Shown here piece after piece: positions 24,516 through 37,932 of a DNA stretch of 64,000 nt. Source of the stretch: the human T2T-CHM13v2.0 reference genome, Homo sapiens; NCBI RefSeq assembly GCF_009914755.1, contig NC_060925.1; one strand, 5' to 3'. Within the stretch, counting starts at the first letter, position 1. Each line of letters starts with the position of its first letter. The position numbers and the translations under genes are program-made. Under the pieces are notes generated by a model. The model saw only the letters and a list, made by a program, of their open reading frames with translations. It had not been told where the DNA came from and made no database searches.

Positions 24516-25454
24516 CACCGTTACATTCCAAGAGAGTAGCTAAGCCAGAATACAGTGGGTTAATAATGAGTGGTGGGGAGAAAATAGAAGCAATTGGAAA
24601 ATTAGTGGATTTATAAGAAGATAATAATGTACCATGTCTTTTTCCCCAGAGGATTTGATTACTGTGAGTGTAGTTTTTTTCTCAATGACTTTTAGAGTTT
24701 TTCATTTTCTAGTCTCTTAAATTCGTTTTTATAATAAAAGAATTTAAAAAGTATCTCAACTATATGGGAAAACTGCCTTACCTCTTCTTGATTATTATAG
24801 CCAAATGTATCATGTAACTGCAGGGTAAACCAAGGCATTTTCTTTTATAGTGATATTATCGGCAGTTCCAAAGTTGAAAATGTCATGATTTCCCTAGAGT
24901 CAGGAAGATTTCTATTTTTGGAGGGCAGAGTGGGGAGTAAGCATGGGAAAAGATATAAAAGCATTGGGGGTAGGTTTTGTTTCCTTCTAAAATAATATCT
25001 TTTTCTAGATTCCCAACTCCTAAATTGCAGGAATAAGACCACTTTCATACACATTGTACTAAGGTTCAAAAAATATTTAGTAATCATTTAGCAATATTAA
25101 ATACACAAGGGCAAGAATTCAGGGTTTATAAAAGTTAATGGACTAACTTGAGTTTCTACAAGCCTCCAAGATAGAGCCTTTTCTTACTTATGGAAACTTT
25201 AGTTTTTCCCTGGTCTTGCCAGATGTTCTCATTGTCATCATCATGATTTTGGAGAAGTTGTACTTATACCTGGAATAGCATTTCATTGCCACTCCAAAAT
25301 ATTTTATATGCTTCTCAATTCTGCCTATCTTTTAAGATCTGCTCAAGTTCTTCCTCTTGGAATGAAGCTTTCTCTGTGTACTCTAATCAAAAGGAGTCTG
25401 TTTTTTCATGATCTCCCATAACATTCACATTCTGTTCCAGCAGAATAAGATGAA

Positions 25455-25650
25455 AATCACAGACTTTCAACTTGGACAGATCCAGGTTCAAATTTCAGAT
25501 CTTTCTTCTGATAGTCATTCAAGTTTGGATGAATGGGTTAATTTTTATGAACTTTCCTTTTTTTTTTTTTGGAAAAGTAAATTGGTAATAGGATTGTGTT
25601 AATAATTAAATAAGGTTATGTATTTGAAATGCTTAGCAAATAGTTGATGA
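25455..25650 (+). mobile_element. MIR
   Basis: gacagatccaggttcaaat...ggattgtgttaataattaaataagg...gcttagca. Confidence 0.55.
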
Positions 25651-26429
25651 CTTAGAGTCTGTGCTCTCTTGGTTAGAAGGAAAGAAACTTGCTCACATTA
25701 AAGTTAAAAGGAGGTTATCCTAAGGATACAAGGATGTTTACAAGGAATCCTGGGAAGACTGAACAATTGAGCTGCAGAGACAGTGGAAACTGAGGTAATC
25801 CAGAGTGCTAGCTGCCCTCCCATCTTTGTCTCTGTAACCCATGGCTTCCCCTTTCCTCTCTGCGTAGCTACTCTGATCTCTCCCAGCCAACTTTCTCTCC
25901 ATTTATTTTCCTCATAAGATATACCTCTGAAATGGCCACTCCAGCTCAAACTCTAAGTGAATCTTTAGTGCAAGCACCCAAATCACACGTAACTTTCTTC
26001 CTTGTCCTTTTGGTTCAAATTCCTTAAGGAGAGGATCTGATTGGCTTGGTCTCTCTTCAAGTGAGACCACAAAAATTGCTGGCCAGCCTAGATTAAACCA
26101 CCCTTGCAGGGCCCGAGCCCCTTTCCACTTGTTTGTTACCTGGAAACTGGGGTCTTTGTACTCTGCTATTTATGACAAGAGCAAGGAATGAAGCAGATTC
26201 CCTAAGAGAAGAGCCAGTGATGGGGGGAAGAATGGGGAGGTACCACAAAATATTTCGAGGATTTCTAGTCAAATGTTTACTACTCCTAACAACTTAACAC
26301 TGATTGTATACTATCATTTGTTTTCTATACTTGTTTGCCTAAAATGGTGTTACTGTTTTGTGTAAGCAAAGAATTTTAAAATTTACTCCACATAATACCT
26401 TCCATAGTGTTAACTGTTAACATTTATTC

Positions 26430-27125
26430 CTCAATATTCATTAAATATTTATTGAGCACCTACATGTCAAGCACTATCATGAAGGGTATGTTAATAAACA
26501 TAATTCTTGACCTCAGGGAGCTTACGTTCTGAAATTTTTATTTTATATATAATCCCAGTTAGGCATACAAAATTGTAGAAGTTTTCATGATTTTATATAA
26601 TCATCACCTTCAGAATAGAGCCCTTCTCACCACTCAATTTAAAAATACACCCACTACCACTAGTATACCCTTTCAATATTTATCCCCTGCTTCATTCGTC
26701 TTCCTAGAATTGCACAAACACATCATGTATTATATTTATTGACCTTGTTTATTGTCTCTATTACTAGACTGCAAACTTATGAAAGTAGAGATTTTTATCC
26801 CTTTTCTTCACTGTGTATTCTTAGTGCCAGATATTTACTGAAAGCACAAATAAATGAAGAAGTGAATGAATCATCTTACTTATTTTTTGTCAAGCATCTA
26901 ATGAGTCTCAGGCACCATATTGGCTATTTTTATAAAGATCATTTTACTTACTCTTCCCAATAAGTCCATGAAGCATTTGTTATGGGCGTCTCTACTTCAT
27001 ATATTGAAAAACTGGGCATAAGAGAGACTAAAATCCTTGCCCAAGTTCACATAGCCAATCGGTGGCAAACGGGTTCAGGTTTGTCTGACTCAAGAGTTCA
27101 TGTTCTTCACCTCTAAACTACATAC
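26430..27125. mobile_element. Cluster of L2 3' fragments (both strands) and a MIR (-, ~26880-27125)
   Basis: aatatttattgagcacctac; taaatgaagaagtgaatgaat; gaaaaactgggcataagagag...cttgcccaagttcacatagc. Confidence 0.6.
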
Positions 27126-28295
27126 TATTTGTAAATAAAATACTAGTTTACAGAAGTAGTGATGGGTCTGTAATGGTCCATACTTTGCTGTAATGTTCGT
27201 TTATTTGATGACACTGTAGGTTTGAAGCAGAGTTTTAATTGAGAAAGCAACCTAAATGGCTTGCTGTGCTACAATGTTTTTGGCTTCATATCCCTGTCCT
27301 CTCCAGCCATGGTTTTTGGGAAAGAGTCCTGATGTACATCTAGGATGTATTTATTATTAAATATTTGTCTAGAGTGTTTGTAGTAAACAAAAGTACTTAT
27401 CTTTTAAATAAAACAAGAGGGCAAGTAACAAAGTCACCTTGTTTGGATAAAATGTGAAGGAAGCAGGTAAATCTGTCAAGAGCTATGGATATTGCCACCA
27501 AGATTCTGAAGAGCCTTGTTCCTATCCAGAAAGACAGGAAACACAGTTCATAATAAACTGAGTCCTTAATGCTTTTAACCAAGATGGTTGTGAAACACTC
27601 AGAAAAAAGCTAGAATATAGTAGTGGTTTAAATGAGCTATAAAGTATAAAAGAGAATAAAGATAGAAGAACTTGGTAGTATAAATAAAACATATAAAAAT
27701 ATTGAAATGGTAATTTTATACATGAAAGCATTATGATAAAATAACCCTGTGGCAATGATTGACTACATCAAATTATTTTTTGACAGAACAAAAGAAAGTA
27801 CTGTAGATCACCAAAATCCCTAGGTCAAGGAATTGAACATTCTTGACTAGTGCATTTGCAAAGCCAAATAACTATAGAAATAGTATCTTCCAGTATTATT
27901 GTATTTATAGTTTTCCCTTTTTCTCTCCTTAATTTCAAATCCTAATACTCTGCCAAGAAGGGATCTGTATGTATTAGCTATGTTTCTTCTCTGGAATTTC
28001 AACCCATCCCTTATGGTTGTGTGGAAATTCCATAGACATTTTCTAGTAGATGCAGCAAAAATGGTAGAGTTTGGTGGAAATAAGTTTCCTTTTTTTTTTT
28101 TTAAATGTGCACTCTGTTCTATGCTCAGGTTAATAAGAGAAGATGAGAAGGCCAGTCTTTCAAAGCAACCCCAACCCTTTGCTTCCTGTTTTTAGTATGA
28201 GTCAAAGAAGGCATATTCTCCCAGGCCTTGATTGGGTAGAGAAAAAGCAATGCCAGGTAGAGGTATTTTGAATGGGAAGAAAAGTGATGTGAAGG

Positions 28296-29032
28296 TGAAA
28301 TGGGAGAGTTCTCTGATCCCCTTCATAGGGCGTGCGACAGGGGTGCTCGCCTGTTCTGTCCCCGTTACTGCTCAAAACCCCTTACAGGATGGGGAGCGCG
28401 CAGGCAGGTGAAGGAGCCCAAGTGGGCGTGTGTTACAGTGCGCCATTTTAGCTTTGCCATCCGCGGACGGCTTGAGTGTTAACCAGCTCGGTGGACCGTT
28501 TGCCTTTCTGCGAGGGCAGCGGGTCAGTGTAACAACTTTCTGTATCCTGAGCTCTTGTCCAGCGTCCCGGAAAAATCGGGTCGCACAGAGGGACTCAAGG
28601 ATGAATGCGAGAGTTTTGTTGAGTAGTGGGGGTGGCTCTCAGCGGAATGGATAGGGAGCCGGAGTGGGGGATGGAGTGGGAAGATGATCTTCCCCGGGAG
28701 CCTCGCCATTCAGCGGCTGAACTCCTCTCCAATCGCCCCCAGCGGAACTCCTCTGGGCGTTCAGACGTCGCTCCTCTTCTCTCTTTGTCATGTCGTTCTG
28801 CCGTTTATCTGCTTGTCTCCTCATCTCCTTGCCTGCTCATCGGCTCTGGAGCCTGGAATTCTGAGTTCATATGGGTATAGGGGGCGTGGTGGGCCAAAAG
28901 GCAAATTTTTGGGCGTGAAAACAGGAATGCCTGTTCTTATTTAGGGCCACGGGTATCCAGGCTTGAGGGTGGGGCCTTTGCCGGGAAACAGCCCTCTTCT
29001 ACCCAATATTTTCCTGTTTCCTGTCCCTATTA
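28296..29032 (-). mobile_element. LTR1-family ERV1 solo LTR, CpG-rich
   Basis: Minus strand GGACAGGAAACAGGAAAATATTGGGTAGAAGAGGGC...GGCAAAGGCCCCACCCTCAAGCCTGGATACCCG, ending CTCCCATTTCA; 4-bp TSD aagg (28292-95, 29033-36). Confidence 0.85.
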
Positions 29033-29924
29033 AAGGGACTGTGGAAGTCAGCGATCCACCAAGGAAACTAAACCACACATGATGTTAGAAGAAATAGGAA
29101 GAATGATGTTTTCAGACCTGAGAACCAGAGCTAGAGTAGCCACACTGCAGATCATTTTTCTTTCTCTTTTAAATATCCATAAAATTTTGCAGAAAATAAT
29201 TAGCAGACCTTGTTTATGTTAGGAAATAATATTTTTCAATGTTTAGTGTTTCTGTCAGTAGAAAATGGAACACTGGTAGTTGATTCAGATGGTGTTAAAT
29301 TAAAAATTCCCTATTTGTTTTACTTTGTGAGATAAGTAAAGAAGGAGTGCAGTTGACAGCTTACTGTGACATATTTTTGAGAACATAATGTGTGTAATAC
29401 TTAACACATAATGAAGAATTGCTGCAGCTGTTATGCATGTCTATAAAACTGTCATGACATGCTGGTCATACTCTGGAGGATTTCTTTTTCATAACTTATT
29501 TTCAGGTTAAATTTTGCCAGCAGATTTCTATGTTTTCATTGTTAACAGTGCATACATCTTGCTGATAACCACAGGAGATTAAATTTAAGAAAATAAGTTT
29601 TTAGGATATTACCGGATTTATTGAATGAATTATTACCCCTGTATCTTAAAAATTTTCTTGATGTTTTGTCTTCCTGTTTGAGTTTTCTATACATACCATG
29701 TTTTAATGCGGGAAACAGCTTCCTCTAGAATAAAGAATGAAGAAAATTGAAATGATCTCTGAAACTCGAGAATAGTTATGTAAAAGAGAAAAAACAAAGT
29801 CTATCGTTCAAAGGCTACTGAACCAGGAAACAGGCAGCCCGCGTTAAAATCCCAGCTCTGGGATCAACTGGTTAGATTATTTTCATTCAGGCATCTTTTC
29901 TTTCTGCACTACTTCATCTACCAG

Positions 29925-30166
29925 TTGCTAACATTGAATGAACCTTTACAGTGTTCCAGGTACTGTTTTAAGGTAGGATTTTTCACATGCTATTTCCTTT
30001 TATTTTTACAACAATCTAAATTGGCATTCTGATTATTTTCATTTCATAGATGAGGAAATGGAGGCACAAATAAATGAAGTAATTTGCCCAAGCATGCATA
30101 GTTAGTAAGCAGCGGAGCCGGTATTCAAACCTGGGCAGTGTGCTCATCATTGCACCACACTGCCTC
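29925..30166 (-). mobile_element. MIR
   Basis: atttcatagatgaggaaatggaggcac...aatttgcccaag...gtattcaaacctggg. Confidence 0.8.
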
Positions 30167-30321
30167 CTTACAATACCTTTAATCAAATCACTCTACTAAA
30201 AGACCAATGGGTTAAAATATTCCAAGACTTTAATTTTTACTTTTTCATCTTTAGGTTATTTAAAAATTATAAATATAATACTTAGCCAACTACATAGAAA
30301 TATATAAAGTTAAAAGTAAGA

Positions 30322-30643
30322 TAGTCATGATCTACATAATGATGCTATGGGCAATGATGGACCTCATATACAATGACAGTCCCACAGATTATCATACCAT
30401 ATTTTTTCTATGTTTAGATATGTTTAGATACAAAAATACTTACCATTGTGTTACAATTGCCTACAGTATTATTACAGTAACATGTTGTTTAGGCTTGTAG
30501 CCTATACCATATAGCCTATGTTGTATTAAGCTGTACGACCTAGGTTTGTGTAACTACATTCTATGATGTTCACCAATGACAAAATCACCTAATGACAAAT
30601 TACTCAGGATGTGTCCCCATGGTTATGCAATGCCTAACAATTG
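30322..30643 (+). mobile_element. Tigger3a (MER7-type) non-autonomous DNA transposon
   Basis: tttctatgtttagatatgtttagatacaaaaatacttaccattgtgttacaattgcctacagta; degenerate agtcatg terminus. Confidence 0.85.
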
Positions 30644-31090
30644 TACTTTATTCTTTAGTACTATTGTCAGACAAGTAATGACTGTTAACACAGTGCTGTG
30701 TATCCTTCCAGAGATTTTCTATACTCATATAACATTTTTGAAAGAAAAAGTGAAATATAGGGTAAGTATTGTTCCACATCTTGCTTTGTAAATATAACAA
30801 TTTATGATATATGTCTTCTACATCATTATGTATAAATTTACCACATTTTTTAGAGAGCCATACTTTGATTCTATTGGTTTTCTCTATTGTCTTTCTATTT
30901 TGTTTCATTTATCTCCTCTCTAATACTTCTTTCTCCTTGATTTAAGTTTATTTTTCTCTTCTTTTCACAGTATCTTTATAAATTTACCACATTTTAAGAG
31001 GAACTGCCTAATGTTCCATTTTATGTATATGCAGTTTACCCTGAACAACATGGGTTTGAACTGTGTGGGTGCACTTATACGTGGATTTTT

Positions 31091-31565
31091 TACTTTTTTT
31101 CTAACTTTTATTTTAAGTTCAGGGGCAGAAGTCAGGACATTACAAGAAAAAGTTAAATTGCTTGATATGTACTGTAGATTGAGGTCTGCAGCTATGATTG
31201 CCTGTCATTTCAAAGTAAAAAGAAATTCAACATAAAGACCATTGTTAAAAAAAGAAACTCATGAAGCTGTGAAAGGCATACAGATTGACTCTCATATGAT
31301 TTGAGAAAAAGTGAAGTCATTATATGACAACTTAAAACAAAAGGAAGGTGAAGGACATCCAAAGCTGGATAAATACATAAGCACAAAAACTTGTGTCATG
31401 GGGGTTTGTTGTACAGATTATTTCATCACCCAGGTATTAAGCCTAGTTATCTGTTATTAGTTATTTTTCCTGATCCTCTCCCTCCTCCCACCCTCCACCC
31501 TCCAAAAGGCCCCGGTGTCTGTTGTTCCACTCTATGTGTCCATGTGTTGTCATCATTTAGCTCCC
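31091..31565 (-). mobile_element. Short L1PA (PA11-13-like) 3'-end insertion, itself interrupted by a Tigger2 copy at 31129-31372
   Basis: aacttttattttaagttcagggg ... aaacttgtgtcatgggggtttgttgtacagattatttcatcacccaggtattaagcctag. Confidence 0.85.
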
Positions 31566-31781
31566 AATAAATATATTGGAAAATATTTTGGAAATTCCCT
31601 ACAATTTGTAAAACAACTCACAGATAAACTGTGTAATCTAGGAATTTTTTTAATTAAGAAAAAGTTACATATGCCAATCATGCATAAAACTTACGCAGAT
31701 ACTAGTCTATTGTATCATTTGCTACCACAAAATGCACAGAAATTATTATTGAAACTTAAAATTTATAAAAACTTACATGCT

Positions 31782-32081
<300 letters not shown>

Positions 32082-34233
32082 TTACATGTTTACATACCAT
32101 ACATAGTGCGATTTGCAGTTGAGAGAAATTTAAACAAACACAAAGATGCAGTATTAAATTGTAATTGCACAAAATTAACCGTAGTATATTGTACTACTGT
32201 AATAATTTCTTAGGCATTTTCTGCTGCTATTACAGTTAGCTCAAGCTATTTTTGTGAGTATCCACTTAAAGCACTGTGTGATGCTAATTATGAGTGTATG
32301 ATAAGTTCAACTCTCACATAAATTGCATATTGCAATAAAAAGTGACCTCTCACAGTTCTCATGTATTTTTCATTGTGTTTAGTGCAATATTGTAAACCCT
32401 GAATAACACCATGGTACTCATACAGAGTGCCACTAATGATGCTGTAAGTGCTTCCAAGAAGCAAAAAAAAGTCAGGACTTTTACAAGAAAAAGTTAAATT
32501 GCTTGATATGTACTGTAGATTGAGGTCTGCAGCTATGATTGCCTGTCATTTCAAGATAAAGAAATTCAACATAAAGTCCATTGTGAAAAAAAGAAATTCG
32601 TGAATATGTGAAAGGCATGCAGATAGACTCTAATATGATTTGAGAAAAAGCAAAGTCATTATATGACAACTTAAAGCAAGAGGAAGGTGAAGGAAGTTTA
32701 AAGCTGGATAATTTAATGCCAGCAAAGGATGGTTTGATAATTTTAGGATGAGGTTTGGCTTAAACAATGTCAAGATAACAGGAGAACCAGCTTCTACTGA
32801 CCAAGATTCAGCAAATTCCCAAAAAGTCATTAAGAAGAAAAAAGATCTGCCTGAACAGATTTTTAATGTCCATGAAAGTGCCCTATTCTGGAAAAAAATT
32901 GGTAAAGGACTTTAGTAAGGAAGAGAAGTGAACACCAAGATTTAAGGCAGGAAGGGATAGGTTAACTACTGTTTTGTGCAAATGCAGCCAAGTTATGAGC
33001 AAGACTGCTGTTATGTATAAAGCTGCTAACTCTCAAGCCTTGAAAGGAAAAGACAAACACCGGCTCCCAGTCTTTTGGTTGTACAACAAGAAGGCCTGGA
33101 CAATGAGAACCTTTTCCCCATCAACGCTTTGTCCCTGAAGTCAAGAAGTACCTTGACAGTAGGGACTGCCTTTTAAAGTTCTTTTGTTATTGGACAATTT
33201 CCCTGGCCATGCAAAACCCTGAGTTCAACACTGAAGGCATCTACCTTCCCCCTCCACACAATGTCCTAAAATCAGCCTCTAGATCAGAGGGTCATAAAGC
33301 CCTTTAAGGCTTATTACACATAGTACTCTACAGAAAGGATTGTCAATGCTATGCAAGACAAGCCTGAAAGAGAGAACATCATGAAAGTCTGGAAGTATTA
33401 CAGCATTTGAGATGCCATTATTGTTATAGAAAAAGCTGTGAAAGACACCAGACCCAAAATAATAAATTTGTGCTTGAGAAAACTGTGTCCAGAGGTTGTG
33501 CATGCATTCACAGGATTTACAATGGAGCCAGTCAAAGAAAGTATGAACTGGATTGTGGATATGGCAAAAACAAAAAAACAAAAAAAAAATGTGAGGGTTG
33601 AAGGATTTCAGGATATGGATCTTGGAAAAATGCAAGAGTTAATAGACACTGCACCAGAGGAATTAACAGAAGATGGGTTGATGGGGATGGGTGCTTCTGA
33701 ACCAGTGCCAGATAAAGAGGAAGACAGAAAAAAACAGCACCCAAAAACACATTGTCATTAGCTGGCAGGAGGGTTGCCATTATTCAAGACTGCTTTTGAC
33801 TTCTTTTACAACATGGACTCCTCTGTGATATAGGCACCGAAACTAAAGCAAATGGTGGAAGAAGGGTTGTTACTTTATAGGAACATTTTTAGATAAATGA
33901 AAAATCAAAAAAGTCAGAAATTACAATGTATTTCCTTAGAGTTACACCATGTATGCCTACCTCTCCTGCCTGCCCTTCTAGCTCCTTCACTTCTTCCATC
34001 TCTGCCATTCCTGAGACATTAATACTTCTCCTCTTCCTCTTCCTCAGCCTACATGTTCAGCCTCAACGTGAACGTGATGAGGATGAAGACCTTTATGATA
34101 ATCCACTTTCACTTAGTGAATCGTAAATATATTTTCTCTTGCTTATGATTTTCTTAATAATTTTTCTTCTTATGATTTTCTTAATAATTTTTTTCTCTAG
34201 ATTACTTCATTGTAAGAATACAGTATATAATAC

Positions 34234-34778
34234 TGTATTAGTCAGGGTTCTCTAGAGGGACAGAACTAACAGAATATATATATATTTATTAAGTATCTAT
34301 ATATACTTAATAAATTCATATATATACTTAATAAACTCATATATATTAATAAACTCATATATATGTATATGAGTTTATTAAGTATTATATATATGAGTTT
34401 ATTAAGTACTAACTCACACAATCACAAGGTCCCACAATAGGCCGCCTGCAGGCTGAAGAGCAAGGAGAGCCAGTTGGAGTTCCAAAACTGAAGAACTTGG
34501 AGTCTGATGTTCCAGGGCAGGAAGCATCCCACATGGGAGGAAGATGTAGGCTAGGAGGCTAGGCCAGTCTCTCTTTTCACGTTTTTCTGCCTGCTTATAT
34601 TCTAGCCGCACTGGCAGCTGATTAGATTGTGCCCACTCAGATTAAGGGTGGGTCTGCCTATTCCAGCCCACTGACTCAAATGTTAATATTCTTTGGCAAC
34701 ACCCTCACAGACACACCCAGGATCAATACTTTGTATCTTTCAATCCAATCAAGTCGACATTCAGTATTAACCATCACA
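34234..34778 (-). mobile_element. MLT2A1-like HERV-L solo LTR
   Basis: tgtattagtcagggttctctagagggacagaac ... cagtattaaccatcaca; 5-bp TSD aatac (34229-33, 34779-83). Confidence 0.92.
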
Positions 34779-36094
34779 AATACCTATAACATGCAAAAAA
34801 ATGTTAATCAACTGTTTATGTTATCAGTAAGGCTTCCAGTTAACAATAGGCTATTAGTAAGTAAGTTTTGGAGGAGTCAAAAGTTATACTTGGATTTTTG
34901 ACTGCATGGGGTGGGGCAGCTCTCCTAACCCCCATGTTGTTCAAGGACCAATTGTACAACAATGTATTTAACTGTGCTTCTATGGATAGTCATTTATTTT
35001 CTTCCCAAATTTTCATTATTTTGACATATTCCTATAGAATAGATTGGTAGAAGTAACATGCTTTTGAAAACCATAAAAGGTAATGTTAAAGAATCCTTCA
35101 TGACTACTTACTTTTTTAGGGGATTGGACTGCTGCATTCTAAAAATAATGGTGAGAAGAATGAATAAATTAGAGTTTACTATGTAATAAAACCTTCTAAA
35201 AAAGAGGAGAGGTAGCAGAATTTACAAGAAGGTTAAACCTGACCTTACTGAAGAGAATGATACCCTCATAGCAGCGCATCTTCTTTGCTCACAGAAGGGT
35301 AAGGAAAGGTCCTTTTGTGAGTACAACTGAGATGAGTTCAGTTACCTATAATCTGGAGCATTTTACATCAATTTAGAAAAACATCACTGCTGGTTAAAAA
35401 TTATCTTTCCCTGCAGATATTTTAAAGTGAGATAGAATCTAACTATTTGTCCAGCACAGAGGCAAAATTTGGGCTAGCTGACTCCACTAGGTTCCCTCTC
35501 TGTCTTTTATTGCACTAAATGATCTTAAGGATAGTGACATTCTCTGTAATTCTGCATCAGTAAAATTCAGTGTCATCGTCACACAGGTTGGATGTTGGCA
35601 AACCATAGCAAAATTAGTTCATTTTTCTTTTGAAATAGTTTTCAACTTTTTGCCACATTAAATTATAAAGACTTTTTTTTTCTTTGTATGAGGGTGTTAC
35701 ACAGATTCACAGTAGGTTAATGTGCCTACCAAACAGAAATGCATATCAGAAGGAGAAATGTCAGAGAGATTCCTATTTTTCTGCCATTAAAAAATAATAT
35801 ATAAAGGCCTGCATGTTTTAAAAGGAAAATTGATAAATATAACTTCCTGTTGTTTAGGAGTTCCTAACATATTGTGATTATTTAAAAAATGAATACAATG
35901 TAGATTTAGGATGCTATTATTAGTTTCATGGTCTTAGGCAAGCCACATAGCTTCTCTGACCTCATTTTTCTCATTTGTAGGGTAGAAATAATCAGGTTTC
36001 CATTCCCCTTTTCCAGATTATTTGAAGAATGAAAACACATATCTAAAAGAGTGTGAAAAATTTTAAGTGTTATAAAAAAGTAGCTAAAAATCCA

Positions 36095-36636
36095 TGGCAG
36101 ATACTCTCAGTTGTCTGTCCAACAATAATTCATCCCTCATTCCATTTATGTATTAAATTCAATTTTATCTACTGGGGCTATGTGCTTCATGGGTACCTGG
36201 GTTTCTCCTCAGCACAGGGAATACGTCTTAATAGTCCTAGGGCAATTTATTCCATTCTGCCTGCCTGTGATGGGTTTAAAAATAGGCAAGCGAATCACTT
36301 CTGGCCAGGAGAGGTCAGGGATGATCTGTTGACTTTTGGGAAAACAGAGAGGGCACCAATCAGGAACATTCCTGTTTTCAGCCTGTGGAGGTTGTATTGT
36401 GGGGATCTGCTGCCCATGGCTGCAGAAGTCCTCTTGCAATGAAGAAGGCACAAGCCCAAGGGCAAAAATCAATGAATAGAAGATGCAGAGCTGTGATATG
36501 AACTGCCAAATTAACCAACTCTGGGCCTTCCCCACCTTTGAATTTCTTGTTAAAAGAATTTCAAAGGTTCTTATTATTTGAGAAGATTTTACTCGTATTT
36601 TTGGTTAACAGTACCTGGAGGCATTCTAGTTGATAA
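36095..36636 (+). mobile_element. Old MLT1 (J/K-like) LTR
   Basis: gtgatgggtttaaaaataggcaagcgaatcacttctggccagg...ggcattctagttgata end. Confidence 0.55.
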
Positions 36637-37539
36637 ATAATTACCGGGTCAAAGTAGTTCCACCGCTTCAAAAACCATATTTACTTGTCCCTCAAAGCTA
36701 TTTTGCTGAGCCAAAATGAAAGTTTGAATTATTCGTTATTGAATTCAGACAATGTAGATTACATATAAATAATTTAGGCTTCCAAGTCTTTTAGTAATAG
36801 TAGTGTGAGTGGAAAAAAGTCAGGGCCCTAAACTTCCTGAACTTGTTTTTCCTTTCATTGTGTAGATAAGTTGAAAATGTTATAAAAATAAACGCAAAAG
36901 TGAAAACAAAGTATACTTTTTTTCAAAGTTGTTCCTATTAGGAACACCTTACAAAGAGAGAAAAGACAAACCTCATAGCCATGAAATGCAAATGAATTGT
37001 TTAAAATAGTGATGAGCTGACGGGCACCAGTTAGCTTCTCTTCTGAAAGTTTAGAAATTTAAAATATAAACAGTTTATTGCATTCTAGTCTTTTGAAATG
37101 AGAGTTCTACGTTTATGAGAAATAATCTGGAATATGTAATTTAAACTTTTAAGTTTATATTTTAGTTTTGAAGAGACATCTTTATTTTGGCCAAACCCTT
37201 GGTATCTGAAATTATAATCCTTTCATGAAAGAAATTAACTAGACATTCATAAATTAATATAATTCTTATGGAAATGGATCTAACCTAGGGAATCAAAGCT
37301 GTTCTGAAATTTTACACAGACTTTTAATATTAGTTTAATCAAAGGTAACACTTTCTAAGACACATGATATTTGACTTTATAATATTTGAATTATTCATAA
37401 TCTAAACTAGAGGGCTCAAATAACATGGTGTGCCATTTTCCCAACATTGTATATTAATATTTCAAAGATAACTTTTGCTAACAGTAATGATCCTGAAATC
37501 TGCAAGATCCTTCTAGATCAGAAAAGTCAGAGAGGCTGT

Positions 37540-37810
37540 TAGGTTTAGTGGTTAAGAGTGTAGCCTTTGAAGTAATGCAATTCTGGATTCAAATCCCTAC
37601 TCTGTCACTTACGATGACATCTTAAACAAATCATACAGCATCACCCACCCCAGCCTTAGTTTCTCCATCTGTAAAATGGAAGCAGGGGAAGGTTGCTTAC
37701 TAACATTATTACCTTATAGAGTTTGAAGATCAAATGAAATGAAATGATTTATGTAAGATACGTAGCAGGGTGGATGGCCTATTAGAAGCGTCCAACAAAT
37801 TCAAGTTATT
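37540..37810 (+). mobile_element. MIR
   Basis: gtttagtggttaagagtg...ctggattcaaatccctactctgtcactta...agtttctccatctgtaaaatgg. Confidence 0.8.
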
Positions 37811-37932
37811 GTATATAAGAAACTCAACTCCCTTATAATTATGTAGAGCACTAAATTTTCTAAATAATTTCTATCATAGCATCCAAATGTATTTTGAGAC
37901 AAATGAGTGGATGATAAGACAGATTTTGGTGT

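Noticed and set aside
33407-33761. Tigger2 transposase as a domesticated TIGD-like gene
   Set aside because: The reading frame is broken repeatedly.
35295-35426. 4-nt (35295-98) and 10-nt (35417-26) AG/GT-bounded micro-exon look-alikes
   Set aside because: Too short to distinguish from chance in T-rich DNA.
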